Of a stretch of 64,000 bases of DNA, positions 39,258 through 48,445 are shown piece by piece. Every line of letters starts with the position of its first letter. Position 1 is the stretch's first letter. The notes beneath the pieces are model-generated. The model had not been told where the DNA came from. It searched no databases and saw only the letters and a list, made by a program, of their open reading frames with translations. The stretch is from positions 160,001 to 224,000 of the forward strand of contig CAWDKY010000029.1 of assembly GCA_963802945.1 (NCBI GenBank). Reading direction: 5' to 3'. The position numbers and the translations under genes were made by a program. This stretch comes from an uncultured delta proteobacterium. Its GTDB lineage: Bacteria > Desulfobacterota > RBG-13-43-22.

Positions 39258-40124
39258 ATGGAAAAACTATGGAAGAAAGAAGTCGAACAGAGGTTTTTTA
39301 TTGAAGCACAGAAATTTGCTACGCCTGAACAGTTATTTTATGTTTCTGATTCTGGAAAATATTTAGCTTATTGGCCAAAGAATTATGATGGAAAGAAAAG
39401 CACTTTACAAAGCAGAAATTCACTTATCGGAAATTTTACAGAAAAATGGACGACAGACTTAATTCAGGGGATCGTTAAAGAAAAGGGATTATTCGCAGTC
39501 CAAGGGGCAATCTGTGATGAGATTGCCCTATCAAATATGTCTCCTGCCGATGTAGTTATTTCCAGAAAGAATAATCTTAAACAAAATCCGGAAGATATTT
39601 TGACAATAATAGAAGTCAAAATGTCTATCGTCTGGAATTGGGAACTTAAAAAGGATAAATTAATTTGTATTGGAGACTACAAAACACATCAGGGGAACCC
39701 TGGCCTTTTACGTTCCGATTCAATGCTCAAGGCAATTGGCAAGAGCATAAATATAAGAGTTTCAAGTTCTAAAGCCTCTATTATACCGATTATTATTATG
39801 GGAAATACCCCAATCACAAATAGCTACTATTCCAAAGTCGATCACCTAAAAAGTGCTGGAATTATACAAAGCTTCTGGTCTGTTAATCCCCAACCATTAG
39901 ATAATGATAGAGAGAATATCAAAAAAACTGACAAACAAGGTTTTTTCAGGTTTGACAGTTTCAATGAGTTAAAAAATGCTTTTGAAAGACTTTTGTCCGA
40001 AGAAAGAAATTACTTTTCGAGTATGAAAAGCAAAAAGGAATTGGGTCAAATCATAGAGAAAGCAAATAAAGAACAAACCTACGAGAAGAAAGCAGAGGTT
40101 TTTTTAAAATTAATCGATGAGTAA
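39258..40124 (+). CDS. Putative type II restriction endonuclease (PD-(D/E)xK)
   Basis: 'PADVVI...IIEVKMS' motif; overlaps the downstream DNA methyltransferase. Confidence 0.65.
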   Translation: MEKLWKKEVEQRFFIEAQKFATPEQLFYVSDSGKYLAYWPKNYDGKKSTLQSRNSLIGNFTEKWTTDLIQGIVKEKGLFAVQGAICDEIALSNMSPADVVISRKNNLKQNPEDILTIIEVKMSIVWNWELKKDKLICIGDYKTHQGNPGLLRSDSMLKAIGKSINIRVSSSKASIIPIIIMGNTPITNSYYSKVDHLKSAGIIQSFWSVNPQPLDNDRENIKKTDKQGFFRFDSFNELKNAFERLLSEERNYFSSMKSKKELGQIIEKANKEQTYEKKAEVFLKLIDE

Positions 40125-41061
40125 TCAAGGCGAAATTTTTAAGATTTATAAACGTAATGGCACCAAAACGAGTTCCTTTGGGACTCCGGGCAGAATAAAT
40201 CATGATTCATCGGAATTTTACAACAGTAAATTATATGGTGACAAAAAAGTCCCTGAACACGTTAAGTTTATTGAAAACCCAATCCCATCAGACAATCTCG
40301 ACAAAATATATTGTAAATCCAGCGAGGTCATGACGGAACTCCCTGATTACAGTATTCATTTGATGGTTACTTCACCACCATATAATGTGAAAAAAGAATA
40401 TGACGAAGACCTATCCCTTGAGGAATACAGAGCATTATTAAAAAAAGTATTTAAGGAAACTTACAAAAAACTGGTTACAGGTGGTAGAGCCTGTATCAAT
40501 GTTGCCAATCTTGGGAGAAAACCATATATTCCATTACATAGCTGTATCATTGAAGATATGGCTGATATTGGTTTTCTAATGAGAGGAGAAATCATCTGGA
40601 ACAAGGCATCAAGTGCCAGCCCTTCTACTGCATGGGGTAGTTGGTTGTCCGCTGGAAATCCAGTATTAAGAGACATTCATGAATATATTTTAATTTTCTC
40701 CAAGGAATCCTTTTCAAGAAAAAAAGGGCATAAAAAAGATACAATCACTAAGGAAGATTTTCTTGAATGGACAAAAAGCGTTTGGACATTCCCAGCAGTT
40801 TCTGCAAGAAGTATCGGCCATCCCGCACCATTTCCAGAAGAATTACCGCATAGATTAATCCAATTGTATACATTCAAAGACGATGTTGTTTTAGACCCAT
40901 TTTGTGGCAGCGGCACTGCTTGTCTTACCGCATTGAAAGATAAAAGACATTATATCGGATATGATATAGAACCTTCCTATGTTAAATTAGCAAATCAGAG
41001 AATTAAAGCACACCAAAGCCAATTGAATATTTTTGAGAATAAACAGCCTACTCCCTATTGA
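40117..41061 (+). CDS. Site-specific DNA methyltransferase, beta class (probably N4-cytosine)
   Basis: TSPPY precedes HPAPFP and VLDPFCGSGT. Confidence 0.92.
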   Translation: MSNQGEIFKIYKRNGTKTSSFGTPGRINHDSSEFYNSKLYGDKKVPEHVKFIENPIPSDNLDKIYCKSSEVMTELPDYSIHLMVTSPPYNVKKEYDEDLSLEEYRALLKKVFKETYKKLVTGGRACINVANLGRKPYIPLHSCIIEDMADIGFLMRGEIIWNKASSASPSTAWGSWLSAGNPVLRDIHEYILIFSKESFSRKKGHKKDTITKEDFLEWTKSVWTFPAVSARSIGHPAPFPEELPHRLIQLYTFKDDVVLDPFCGSGTACLTALKDKRHYIGYDIEPSYVKLANQRIKAHQSQLNIFENKQPTPY

Positions 41062-41293
41062 TGAAATAGGGGTCGAATCTTTTACTTTTACATTTCGTGT
41101 TAAGCCAAAGGGACATAGTTGAAAAATGACATTTTACAGATAGGATGTTGGGGGCAGGTCTTGTAATAGCACATTAAAGGAAATTGCCGAACATCTGTGT
41201 TTCTGCCTTACAAATATGAGTCGGGCAATAGAATGATGGGAGGTGGTCGCTATCCGCAGCGTAGTTGATGGCGAACTTTATACGAAGAAAATA

Positions 41294-41698
41294 ATGATGA
41301 AAAATTTTGAAATTGAGCATATAGGAATCACAGTAGTGGAACCTATTGAAATGGCCAGATGGTATCAGGAAGTATTGGGATTCAATATCAGGTTTTCCGC
41401 TCAGGACGAAGAGAAGGGAGTGGCCTTTATCACGGATGGCAATAATAGGGTTATGCTTGAGTTTGGGAAAATTCCAGATGTCTCCCCTTTGGCTGACAGA
41501 ATCAACCACCACCTGCAATTGCATATTGCCTTTAAAAGTGAAGACCCAGATAAGGATGCCGAATATCTCGTCTCCAAGGGAGCTATATTTATTGAAAAAT
41601 GCCCCATTACCTTACCCGGAGAAAATCTGATAGTCTTGAGTGATCCGTGGGGCAACACCATTCAACTGGTAAAAAGAGCCGTAGCTTCTCTTGGGTAA
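41294..41698 (+). CDS. VOC/glyoxalase family protein
   Basis: 'IEHIGITV...WYQEVLGF', 'HIAF', 'DPWGNTIQLV'. Confidence 0.88.
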   Translation: MMKNFEIEHIGITVVEPIEMARWYQEVLGFNIRFSAQDEEKGVAFITDGNNRVMLEFGKIPDVSPLADRINHHLQLHIAFKSEDPDKDAEYLVSKGAIFIEKCPITLPGENLIVLSDPWGNTIQLVKRAVASLG

Positions 41699-41733
41699 AC
41701 CCCCAGCTTTGCCGGGGGATTCCCAAAGTTTGA
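41694..41733. mobile_element. IS200/IS605-type end hairpin remnant
   Basis: GTAAACCCCCAGCTTTGCCGGGGGATTCCCAAAGTTTGA; no transposase nearby. Confidence 0.5.
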
Positions 41734-41813
41734 ATCCTAACTCTGGACCTTTTTATTCAGGAATTTAGGGACGTCCCCCGGTTTCGATTTGTGATTTGTA
41801 CTACTTGCACTAG

Positions 41814-42143
41814 TTACTCTTCAAACATTTCCCGAAGGACGGCGAGGACTTTATTCTGGGTAGGTTTGTCGATCCGGCCCAGCCTTTGTGAAAGCCGGAT
41901 CTTGTCCACCGTCCTGATCTGATCCAAGACCACTTGACCCTGCTTGCCCTGAAAGGTGCATGGGATACGCGTTGGATATTCCCGGCTCCTGGTGGTCATC
42001 GGAGCGATGATAACTGTGGAGATAAAACGATTCATTTCATCAGGGGAAATGATCAGACAAGGCCGAGCTTTTCGGATCTCACGGCCGACGGTCGGATCCA
42101 GGTTGACCAGAAAAACATCAAAACGTTTGACTACCATTCCCAT
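41814..42143 (-). CDS. mazF: MazF/PemK toxin
   Basis: 'LDPTVGREIRKARPCLIISP', 'LDQIRTVDK.RL'. Confidence 0.92.
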   Translation of the reverse strand: MGMVVKRFDVFLVNLDPTVGREIRKARPCLIISPDEMNRFISTVIIAPMTTRSREYPTRIPCTFQGKQGQVVLDQIRTVDKIRLSQRLGRIDKPTQNKVLAVLREMFEE

Positions 42144-42385
42144 TCACCCTGGTCGAATTGGTTTTTGATCGGTACGTCTCCATGGATCAACCTGTCCTCT
42201 TTGTTTTCGGCCATGAGCTTGAACTTCTGGTTCCATCCCTGACGGGAACGAGCAATGGGGTGAATCACGATTCTTTGATCTTTTACTTCCAATTCCACTT
42301 CTTTCCCAAGCCTGGTTTGCTCCAGGAGAACTTTCGGGATACGAATCCCCTGGGAATTCCCTATTTGGATGATGCTCGCTTTCAT
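42131..42385 (-). CDS. mazE: MazE/AbrB antitoxin
   Basis: 'IGNSQGIRIPK'; overlaps the toxin start. Confidence 0.9.
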   Translation of the reverse strand: MKASIIQIGNSQGIRIPKVLLEQTRLGKEVELEVKDQRIVIHPIARSRQGWNQKFKLMAENKEDRLIHGDVPIKNQFDQGEWEW

Positions 42386-42410
42386 TAAAAAACCTCCATA
42401 CTTACTTTAA

Positions 42411-42452
42411 TCTAAGTAATTACATTGTAATTACTTAGAAACGTTTTGTCAA
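42411..42452 (-). promoter_or_regulatory. mazEF promoter and operator
   Basis: Minus-strand TTGACA-17-TACAAT overlapped by a perfect 14-bp-arm palindrome TCTAAGTAATTACA-T-TGTAATTACTTAGA. Confidence 0.8.
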
Positions 42453-42678
42453 GACAATAAAATCAACTTGGTTTTTTCCCCAATTAGTTGGGAGAAAGGG
42501 GTCAGGAAATTAGGGACACTATGTGTAACATGGGGAACACCTTATAAGCGACTATTGTTTTAGCATTGCATTTTGTGTATATCATAAAGGGGGAAATGTG
42601 TTGATGTCCTAAAATATTATGTGGATCAAAAAGAATTAACGGGAATAAATTATTAACAGTTTGCGGAAAAATCCCTAT

Positions 42679-42810
42679 TTTACAGGTTGCTGAAAAAGGT
42701 CCAGATACAAGGCGCCAGAAATTCTGGGAATGAGGCATACATATAAGTACGTCGCAATGACGAAGAATGAGGGCAACGAAGTAGATGGGCCTTTTTCAGC
42801 AACCTGTAAA
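42679..42810. mobile_element. MITE with 21-bp perfect terminal inverted repeats
   Basis: TTTACAGGTTGCTGAAAAAGG ... CCTTTTTCAGCAACCTGTAAA with no ORF. Confidence 0.75.
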
Positions 42811-42845
42811 TCGGTTTATGAACTTATAAAAAAAGGAGAACATTA

Positions 42846-43640
42846 ATGAAACTGAGCGAGCTAACCGATGTGTTGTATGAAGTGGATCGCGGTCTGGCCT
42901 GGATCACCATTAACCGGCCGCATCGTTACAATTCCTTTACCAACCGGACCATTGACGAGTTGATCTGCTGTTTTAAGGCGGCCTGGGCCGATCCCAAAGT
43001 GGGCGTCCTCGCTTTTACGGGATCGGGTGACAAGGCCTTTTGTACGGGAGGAGATCAAAAGCAACGACAGGAGACCGGAAATTACGGGCCCATGGAAACC
43101 GGAGTATCGGAAATCGAATATTTCCATCGGCTCATTCGGGATGTGCCGAAGCCGGTTATTGCCGCGGTTAACGGCTATGCCATCGGCGGCGGGCAGGTAC
43201 TGCATGTCCTGTGCGATATCACGATTGCCGCTGACCATGCCCGTTTCGGCCAGACAGGCCCCCGGGTCGGGTCATTTGACGCGGGTTATGGCAGTGCTTA
43301 TCTGGCTCGAATCATCGGCGATAAAAGGGCCAAAGAGATTTGGTTCTGCTGCTGGCAGTACGATGCGGCCACGATGAAAGATTGGGGCCTGGTTAACCAA
43401 GTGGTGCCCTTGGCCGAATTAAAAGAAGAAGTGCGCCGCTGGGCCGATGAGATGCTGGACAAGAGCCCGACAGCGCTCCGAGCGCTCAAATGCTCCATCA
43501 ACGCGGACAGCGATTCCATAGCAGGGATCGGGGCCTTGTCCCATATCAACCTCGAGCTCTTTGTCAAAACAGATGAAGCCAAAGAGGGCCTTAATGCCTT
43601 TAATGAAAAACGTCCGCCGGTTTTTTCCCGGTTTCGTTGA
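42846..43640 (+). CDS. Crotonase, BadI/MenB-like (2-ketocyclohexanecarboxyl-CoA hydrolase-like)
   Basis: 'AFCTGGDQK', 'GYAIGGG.VLHVLCD', 'FGQTGPRVGSFDAG'. Confidence 0.8.
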   Translation: MKLSELTDVLYEVDRGLAWITINRPHRYNSFTNRTIDELICCFKAAWADPKVGVLAFTGSGDKAFCTGGDQKQRQETGNYGPMETGVSEIEYFHRLIRDVPKPVIAAVNGYAIGGGQVLHVLCDITIAADHARFGQTGPRVGSFDAGYGSAYLARIIGDKRAKEIWFCCWQYDAATMKDWGLVNQVVPLAELKEEVRRWADEMLDKSPTALRALKCSINADSDSIAGIGALSHINLELFVKTDEAKEGLNAFNEKRPPVFSRFR

Positions 43641-43648
43641 TAACTAAT

Positions 43649-44419
43649 TTATTTGCCTTTAAACCGCGGTTCCCTTTTCTCAATAAAGGCATTGATGGCC
43701 TCTTGCCGGTCCTCGCTCAGTTCCTGGGGTACAACATAGTCCACATATTCTCTTTCCACTTTTCGTCCGGATCGTTCCGTCTGAGTGTAATATCCGTATT
43801 TCACCGACCGGACAAACATCGGTGGGACCTGCTTCAACAGGTTCGCCCATTTTTCGGCTTCATTCATAAGCTCGGCATCGGGTACGACATCGTTGACCAA
43901 GCCGAATCCCATAGCTCGCTTGGCGCTCATCAGGCGTCCGCCTTTCCAGGAGAGGAGCATGAATTCCAGGGCGATCTTGAAAGGCATATAGGGGGCATAT
44001 TGAGGCGGGATCTGGGCCACACCGACTTTGCCTTCTGGATAGCCGAAAAAGGCATTTTCGGAGGCAATGGTGATATCACAACCCGTCACTGAAATGATGT
44101 ACCCCAATCCGAGGGCATAGCCGCGGACGGCCCCGACGATCGGCTTGAAAAGGGCGGTGCCGTTTAATGGGTAGGCCTCATGGTATTCCCAGGGTTTTCC
44201 CATTTTCCGGTCTTCATCGGTCAGGTCGACCCCGACGGAAAAAGATTTTCCATTTCCGCTTAGGATAGCGACTTGGGCCGCATCATCTTTTTCAAAACGT
44301 TTCCAGGTGTCCCGCAGGGCAAAGCTCATTTCCAGGTTGAAGGCGTTTAATTTTTGGGGTCGATTGAGAGTGATGTAGGCGATATGGTTTTTGACTTTAT
44401 ACAAAACTGTGTCGGGCAT
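43649..44419 (-). CDS. Enoyl-CoA hydratase/isomerase family protein
   Basis: 'ITLNRPQKLNA', 'FSVGVDL', 'KPIVGAVRGYALG'. Confidence 0.88.
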   Translation of the reverse strand: MPDTVLYKVKNHIAYITLNRPQKLNAFNLEMSFALRDTWKRFEKDDAAQVAILSGNGKSFSVGVDLTDEDRKMGKPWEYHEAYPLNGTALFKPIVGAVRGYALGLGYIISVTGCDITIASENAFFGYPEGKVGVAQIPPQYAPYMPFKIALEFMLLSWKGGRLMSAKRAMGFGLVNDVVPDAELMNEAEKWANLLKQVPPMFVRSVKYGYYTQTERSGRKVEREYVDYVVPQELSEDRQEAINAFIEKREPRFKGK

Positions 44420-44511
44420 GATGGATTCCTCCTTATTAAATCTTACATAAGATTATCTGAAAATTTATCTCTAACTTTTTATCATCTCGGAGTCAACAAG
44501 TCTTTCGGAGT

Positions 44512-44674
44512 GATGCTGGATACTGGATAACCCCAAAACCGATATTAGATACTTGATAACCTAAAAAACTGAGATTGGATACTGGATAAAGATGAATCTC
44601 TGTATCGATTATCAAGAATCCAACATCCAGTATCCAGAATCCAGTATCGGCCGTTTGATCGAGCATCCAGTATC
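44512..44674. repeat. Inverted GGATACT / AGTATCC heptamer arms, no ORF
   Basis: GATGCTGGATACTGGATA...GGATACTGGATA facing ATCCAACATCCAGTATCCAGAATCCAGTATC...AGCATCCAGTATC. Confidence 0.8.
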
Positions 44675-44747
44675 TGCCGATGGGACTTTAGAAGCCATTT
44701 ATTGCCGATAGATCTGATTGAAAAAGAGAAATTTCGAATTTCTTTGG

Positions 44748-45608
44748 TTATTTTTTCCCGCTCAGGCCTGCTTTTTTCAGCCAGGGCAGAGAAAGTTCAA
44801 AATGTTTTTTGGCCACATTGGTCCTGGCAAAACCGCCTTCACTGGGCGGCGCCATGGTTCTATCCCGTGTGGCCGTCATAAGACAGAAATTATTGAAGGA
44901 CGATTCGACCTCGGCATTTAGACCCATGGTTTCTTCCATGTGATTGATGGAGAATTTACACAACCTGACCCAGTAAGGAATATCCAGGTAGTTTTCCGCT
45001 ACACGTTCGGCGTAGGCCATGGTCTCCTCTTCCAGTTTTTCAGGATCAAAAACCCGATTCACAAATCCATAGGTGTAAGCCTCCTGGGCGGTCATGAAGC
45101 GGTGTTCAAAAAGGATTTCCTTGGCCCGCCGCGGTCCTATGTCATAGGGTGCGGAAAAATACTCGACGAAGCCGGGCAGGAATTGGGCGTCCTCAGCAGC
45201 AAAAATAATGTCCATGGAGGCAGCCACCATCCATCCGCCGAAGATGCAGTATCCATGCACCATGGCTATGGTGGGTTTAGGCAGGTTCCGCCAGGCCAGA
45301 CAAAATTCGATGTACATTTTTCGCATGTCTTCAAACCAGGGAGTTAAACCCTGTTCGGCCCGGACGGCATATCCCTGCTGTCGTTTGTATTCTTTGTCTT
45401 CCTCGGTCCCGATGTCGTGCCCGGCCGAAAAAGCCCGGCCAAGGCCGGAAAGGACAATGGCCCCGCATTCCGGATCCTTGGCAGCGGTTTTGAGGGCCGA
45501 ATCAAGCTCTTCCAGTAAAAGGTAACTCTGGGCGTTAAGAAACCTGGGCCGATTGAGGATGATTCGAGCTACTTTGCCCGGCTGATAAATGACATGTTTA
45601 TACTCCAT
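44748..45608 (-). CDS. Enoyl-CoA hydratase/isomerase family protein
   Basis: 'LNRPRFLNAQ', 'FSAGHDIG', 'PKPTIAMVHGYCIFGG'; RBS GGAGG before ATG 45608. Confidence 0.88.
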   Translation of the reverse strand: MEYKHVIYQPGKVARIILNRPRFLNAQSYLLLEELDSALKTAAKDPECGAIVLSGLGRAFSAGHDIGTEEDKEYKRQQGYAVRAEQGLTPWFEDMRKMYIEFCLAWRNLPKPTIAMVHGYCIFGGWMVAASMDIIFAAEDAQFLPGFVEYFSAPYDIGPRRAKEILFEHRFMTAQEAYTYGFVNRVFDPEKLEEETMAYAERVAENYLDIPYWVRLCKFSINHMEETMGLNAEVESSFNNFCLMTATRDRTMAPPSEGGFARTNVAKKHFELSLPWLKKAGLSGKK

Positions 45609-45773
45609 GCTTGTACCTCCTTTGTTTTTGAAAACCTGTTCTCTATTTAATCTCGTATCATCTAAAATAAATGATGTCAATCCATCGTATATTGCCCTTC
45701 CCTTTAATGGCGGCGAGCCTGTCGTCAAAAATCCTTGCTAAAAAATCGTTTTTTCTTTAAAATAAATAACCAT

Positions 45774-47123
45774 ATGGATTTTCCGGAAAAAGTTTATACC
45801 GTTACCCGACTGACCGAGGAGATTAAAGACCTGCTGGAAGAAGAATTTCCCTTCATCTGGCTGGAAGGGGAAATCTCTAATTTTCGGATTCCTCCCAGTG
45901 GGCATTGCTATTTTACCTTGAAGGATGCCTCCAGCCAGATCCGGGCGGTTTTTTTTAAATCCGGGCAGTCGGGCTTATCGTTCAGGCCCGACAACGGGCT
46001 TCAGGTGCTGTGTTTTGGCCGCCTGAGTGTATATGCCGGCCGGGGTGAGTACCAGATTATTATTGAAAGAATGGAATTGAAGGGTTGGGGGGCCCTTCAA
46101 CTGGCTTTTGAACAGTTAAAAGAAAGGTTATTTAAAGAAGGGTTGTTTGATCCGGAACGAAAGAAACCCCTGCCCCTTCTGCCCAGGCGGGTGGCCGTGG
46201 TTACCTCTCCGACCGGGGCCGTGATCCAGGATTTTTTAAGGATCCTGTATCGTCGCTTCCGCAATATTCAGGTCTCCATCTTTCCGGTTTTGGTACAGGG
46301 TGAGACCGCCTCTTTGGAAATTGAAGAGGCCATAAAATGTTTAAACCGGTCTTCTCTGGGGATCGAGGTAATTGTATTGGCCCGGGGTGGAGGTTCCCTT
46401 GAAGATCTTTGGCCTTTCAATGAAGAACGGGTGGCCCGGGCCATAGCGGCTTCTTCCATTCCGGTTATCTCGGCCGTCGGGCATGAAGTGGATTTCACCA
46501 TCGCCGATTTTGTAGCTGATCTGAGGGCCTCGACCCCTTCGGCGGCAGCCGAATTGTTGATCGAGCCGCAACGAGAATGGGAATCCAATATCAAGGATCT
46601 CCGGGATCGTCTGATTCAGCAGGTTTTTCAGAAAATAGATCCTTATAAAGAAACGTTATTCCATTTTCAGAAGCGGCTCGGAGATCCCCGCCGGCGTTTG
46701 GTTGACCTCACCCTTCGCCTGGATGATTATGGTGTCCGTCTTCGGCTGGCCCTTCGAGGGATCCTGGGAAAAAAGAAGGATGCCTTGGGTTGGAATCAGG
46801 AAAAATTGGCGATGAGGAACCCGCAGGATAAGATCTTGGCCGGGAGCAACAGTTTGGAAATCCAAAAATTGAAATTAAAAGGTTTGTTTTTGAGAAAACT
46901 GGAACAAGTGGAAACAGGTCTGAAGGCCCAGAATAAAACCCTTCAGGCCTTGAACCCCTGGGGAGTTCTGGATCGGGGTTATGCCCTGGTTCGGACCTTG
47001 CCGGAGTTAAGCTTGGTAAAAAAATGGGAGGACGCCCCTCCCGGGCATGAAATCCGGGTCTCTTTAGCCCACGGGGAATTGGATTGTTTGGTCGAACAGA
47101 CGCGGGAAAGGGCATCCAGGTAA
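45774..47123 (+). CDS. xseA: Exodeoxyribonuclease VII large subunit
   Basis: 'GEISNF..SGHCYFTLKD', 'ARGGGSLEDLWPFN', 'SAVGHEVD'. Confidence 0.95.
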   Translation: MDFPEKVYTVTRLTEEIKDLLEEEFPFIWLEGEISNFRIPPSGHCYFTLKDASSQIRAVFFKSGQSGLSFRPDNGLQVLCFGRLSVYAGRGEYQIIIERMELKGWGALQLAFEQLKERLFKEGLFDPERKKPLPLLPRRVAVVTSPTGAVIQDFLRILYRRFRNIQVSIFPVLVQGETASLEIEEAIKCLNRSSLGIEVIVLARGGGSLEDLWPFNEERVARAIAASSIPVISAVGHEVDFTIADFVADLRASTPSAAAELLIEPQREWESNIKDLRDRLIQQVFQKIDPYKETLFHFQKRLGDPRRRLVDLTLRLDDYGVRLRLALRGILGKKKDALGWNQEKLAMRNPQDKILAGSNSLEIQKLKLKGLFLRKLEQVETGLKAQNKTLQALNPWGVLDRGYALVRTLPELSLVKKWEDAPPGHEIRVSLAHGELDCLVEQTRERASR

Positions 47124-47224
47124 TAGAAAGATTTGTTGGGACTTTCGGAAAAGCAAACCTAAAAAGGAGGCCCCCGGCGTCCCTGAAATGACAAGTTCAT
47201 TAATCATTAAGGAGGAACTTCCTT

Positions 47225-47470
47225 TTGTCAAAAGAACGAAAAGAACGATTTGAAGACACCTTTAAAAAATTGGAAACGATCGTCAATAAATTAGAAGGCG
47301 GTGATCTTCCCCTGGAAGAAACCATGAAACTGTTTGAGGAAGGGATGCGGCTTTCGCGCCTCTGTTCCGAGCGGCTGGCCGAGGTCCAAAAAAGAGTGGA
47401 GATTCTGCTTAAAACCGAGGGCGGGGAGTTAAAACCACAGCCCTTTTCTTTTGAAGAAGAGAAAGACTAA
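47225..47470 (+). CDS. xseB: Exodeoxyribonuclease VII small subunit
   Basis: 'FE....KLETIV..LE.GDLPLEE...LFEEG'. Confidence 0.93.
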   Translation: MSKERKERFEDTFKKLETIVNKLEGGDLPLEETMKLFEEGMRLSRLCSERLAEVQKRVEILLKTEGGELKPQPFSFEEEKD

Positions 47471-47471
47471 G

Positions 47472-48368
47472 TTGACCGATAGGTTGCAAAAAGAACTTAA
47501 AAAAATTCAGGGACTGGTTGATCGGGCACTCCTGACCTATTTTCCTCCTGCGGTTACAACTACCCGCCGGGTGCGAAAGGCCATGGAATATAGTTTATTC
47601 GCCGGAGGGAAACGGATCCGTCCGATTTTGTGTTTGAAGGCTTGCAAGGCCGTAGGGGGACGGATGATCAAGGCCCTTCCCGCAGCCTGTGCCTTGGAAT
47701 ATATTCATACCTATTCCTTGATTCATGATGACCTTCCGGCTTTGGACAATGATGATTATCGAAGAGGACGCCTCAGCTGCCATAAAAAATTTGATGAGGC
47801 CACAGCTATCCTGGCCGGAGATGCCCTGCTGACCGAGGCCTTTTCTTTGCTGACGCATAGAGAGGTCATGAAGAATGTCCCGGCCAAAATCCGAATCCAG
47901 GTGATCCGGGAGATTGCCGAAGCGGCCGGCATCCAGGGTATGGTGGCCGGGCAGGAGGCCGATCTGGAGGCCGAGAAAAAAAAGGTCTCTCTGACCTATT
48001 TGCAATATATCCATACCCACAAAACCGGGGCCTTGATCAAAGCCTCTCTGGTCTGTGGGGGCCTTATTGGAGAAGGCGCTGCTGAGGAAATCAAGGCCTT
48101 AAGAAAATTCGGGGAAAAGATCGGCTTAGTTTTTCAAATTAAGGATGATTTATTGAATGTGGAAGGGCAAGCCAAAGTCATGGGAAAAAGAACGGGCACG
48201 GATGAAAAAAAGGCCAAAGCCACGTATCCGATGCTGGTGGGACTGGAACAATCTAAATCCCTGGGAAAACAATTGCTGGATGAGGCCAATCAAACCATCC
48301 AATTTTTCGGGAAGAGGGGACAAGCTTTGATGCAAATTGGGAATTATATCCTTTCCCGGGATAGGTGA
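47472..48368 (+). CDS. ispA: Farnesyl/geranyl diphosphate synthase
   Basis: GGKRIRP, SLIHDDLPALDNDDYRRG, FQIKDD. Confidence 0.93.
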   Translation: MTDRLQKELKKIQGLVDRALLTYFPPAVTTTRRVRKAMEYSLFAGGKRIRPILCLKACKAVGGRMIKALPAACALEYIHTYSLIHDDLPALDNDDYRRGRLSCHKKFDEATAILAGDALLTEAFSLLTHREVMKNVPAKIRIQVIREIAEAAGIQGMVAGQEADLEAEKKKVSLTYLQYIHTHKTGALIKASLVCGGLIGEGAAEEIKALRKFGEKIGLVFQIKDDLLNVEGQAKVMGKRTGTDEKKAKATYPMLVGLEQSKSLGKQLLDEANQTIQFFGKRGQALMQIGNYILSRDR

Positions 48369-48445
48369 GCTTGACCTAAACAAGATTGAATCTGTAAAAA
48401 AAGTTTTTCTTCATCCTGATCATAAATGAATTTTTCAAAGAATCA

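Noticed and set aside
28659-44674. Short repeat tracts as CRISPR arrays
   Set aside because: Units are 7-8 bp, tandem, without unique spacers, and no cas genes are present.
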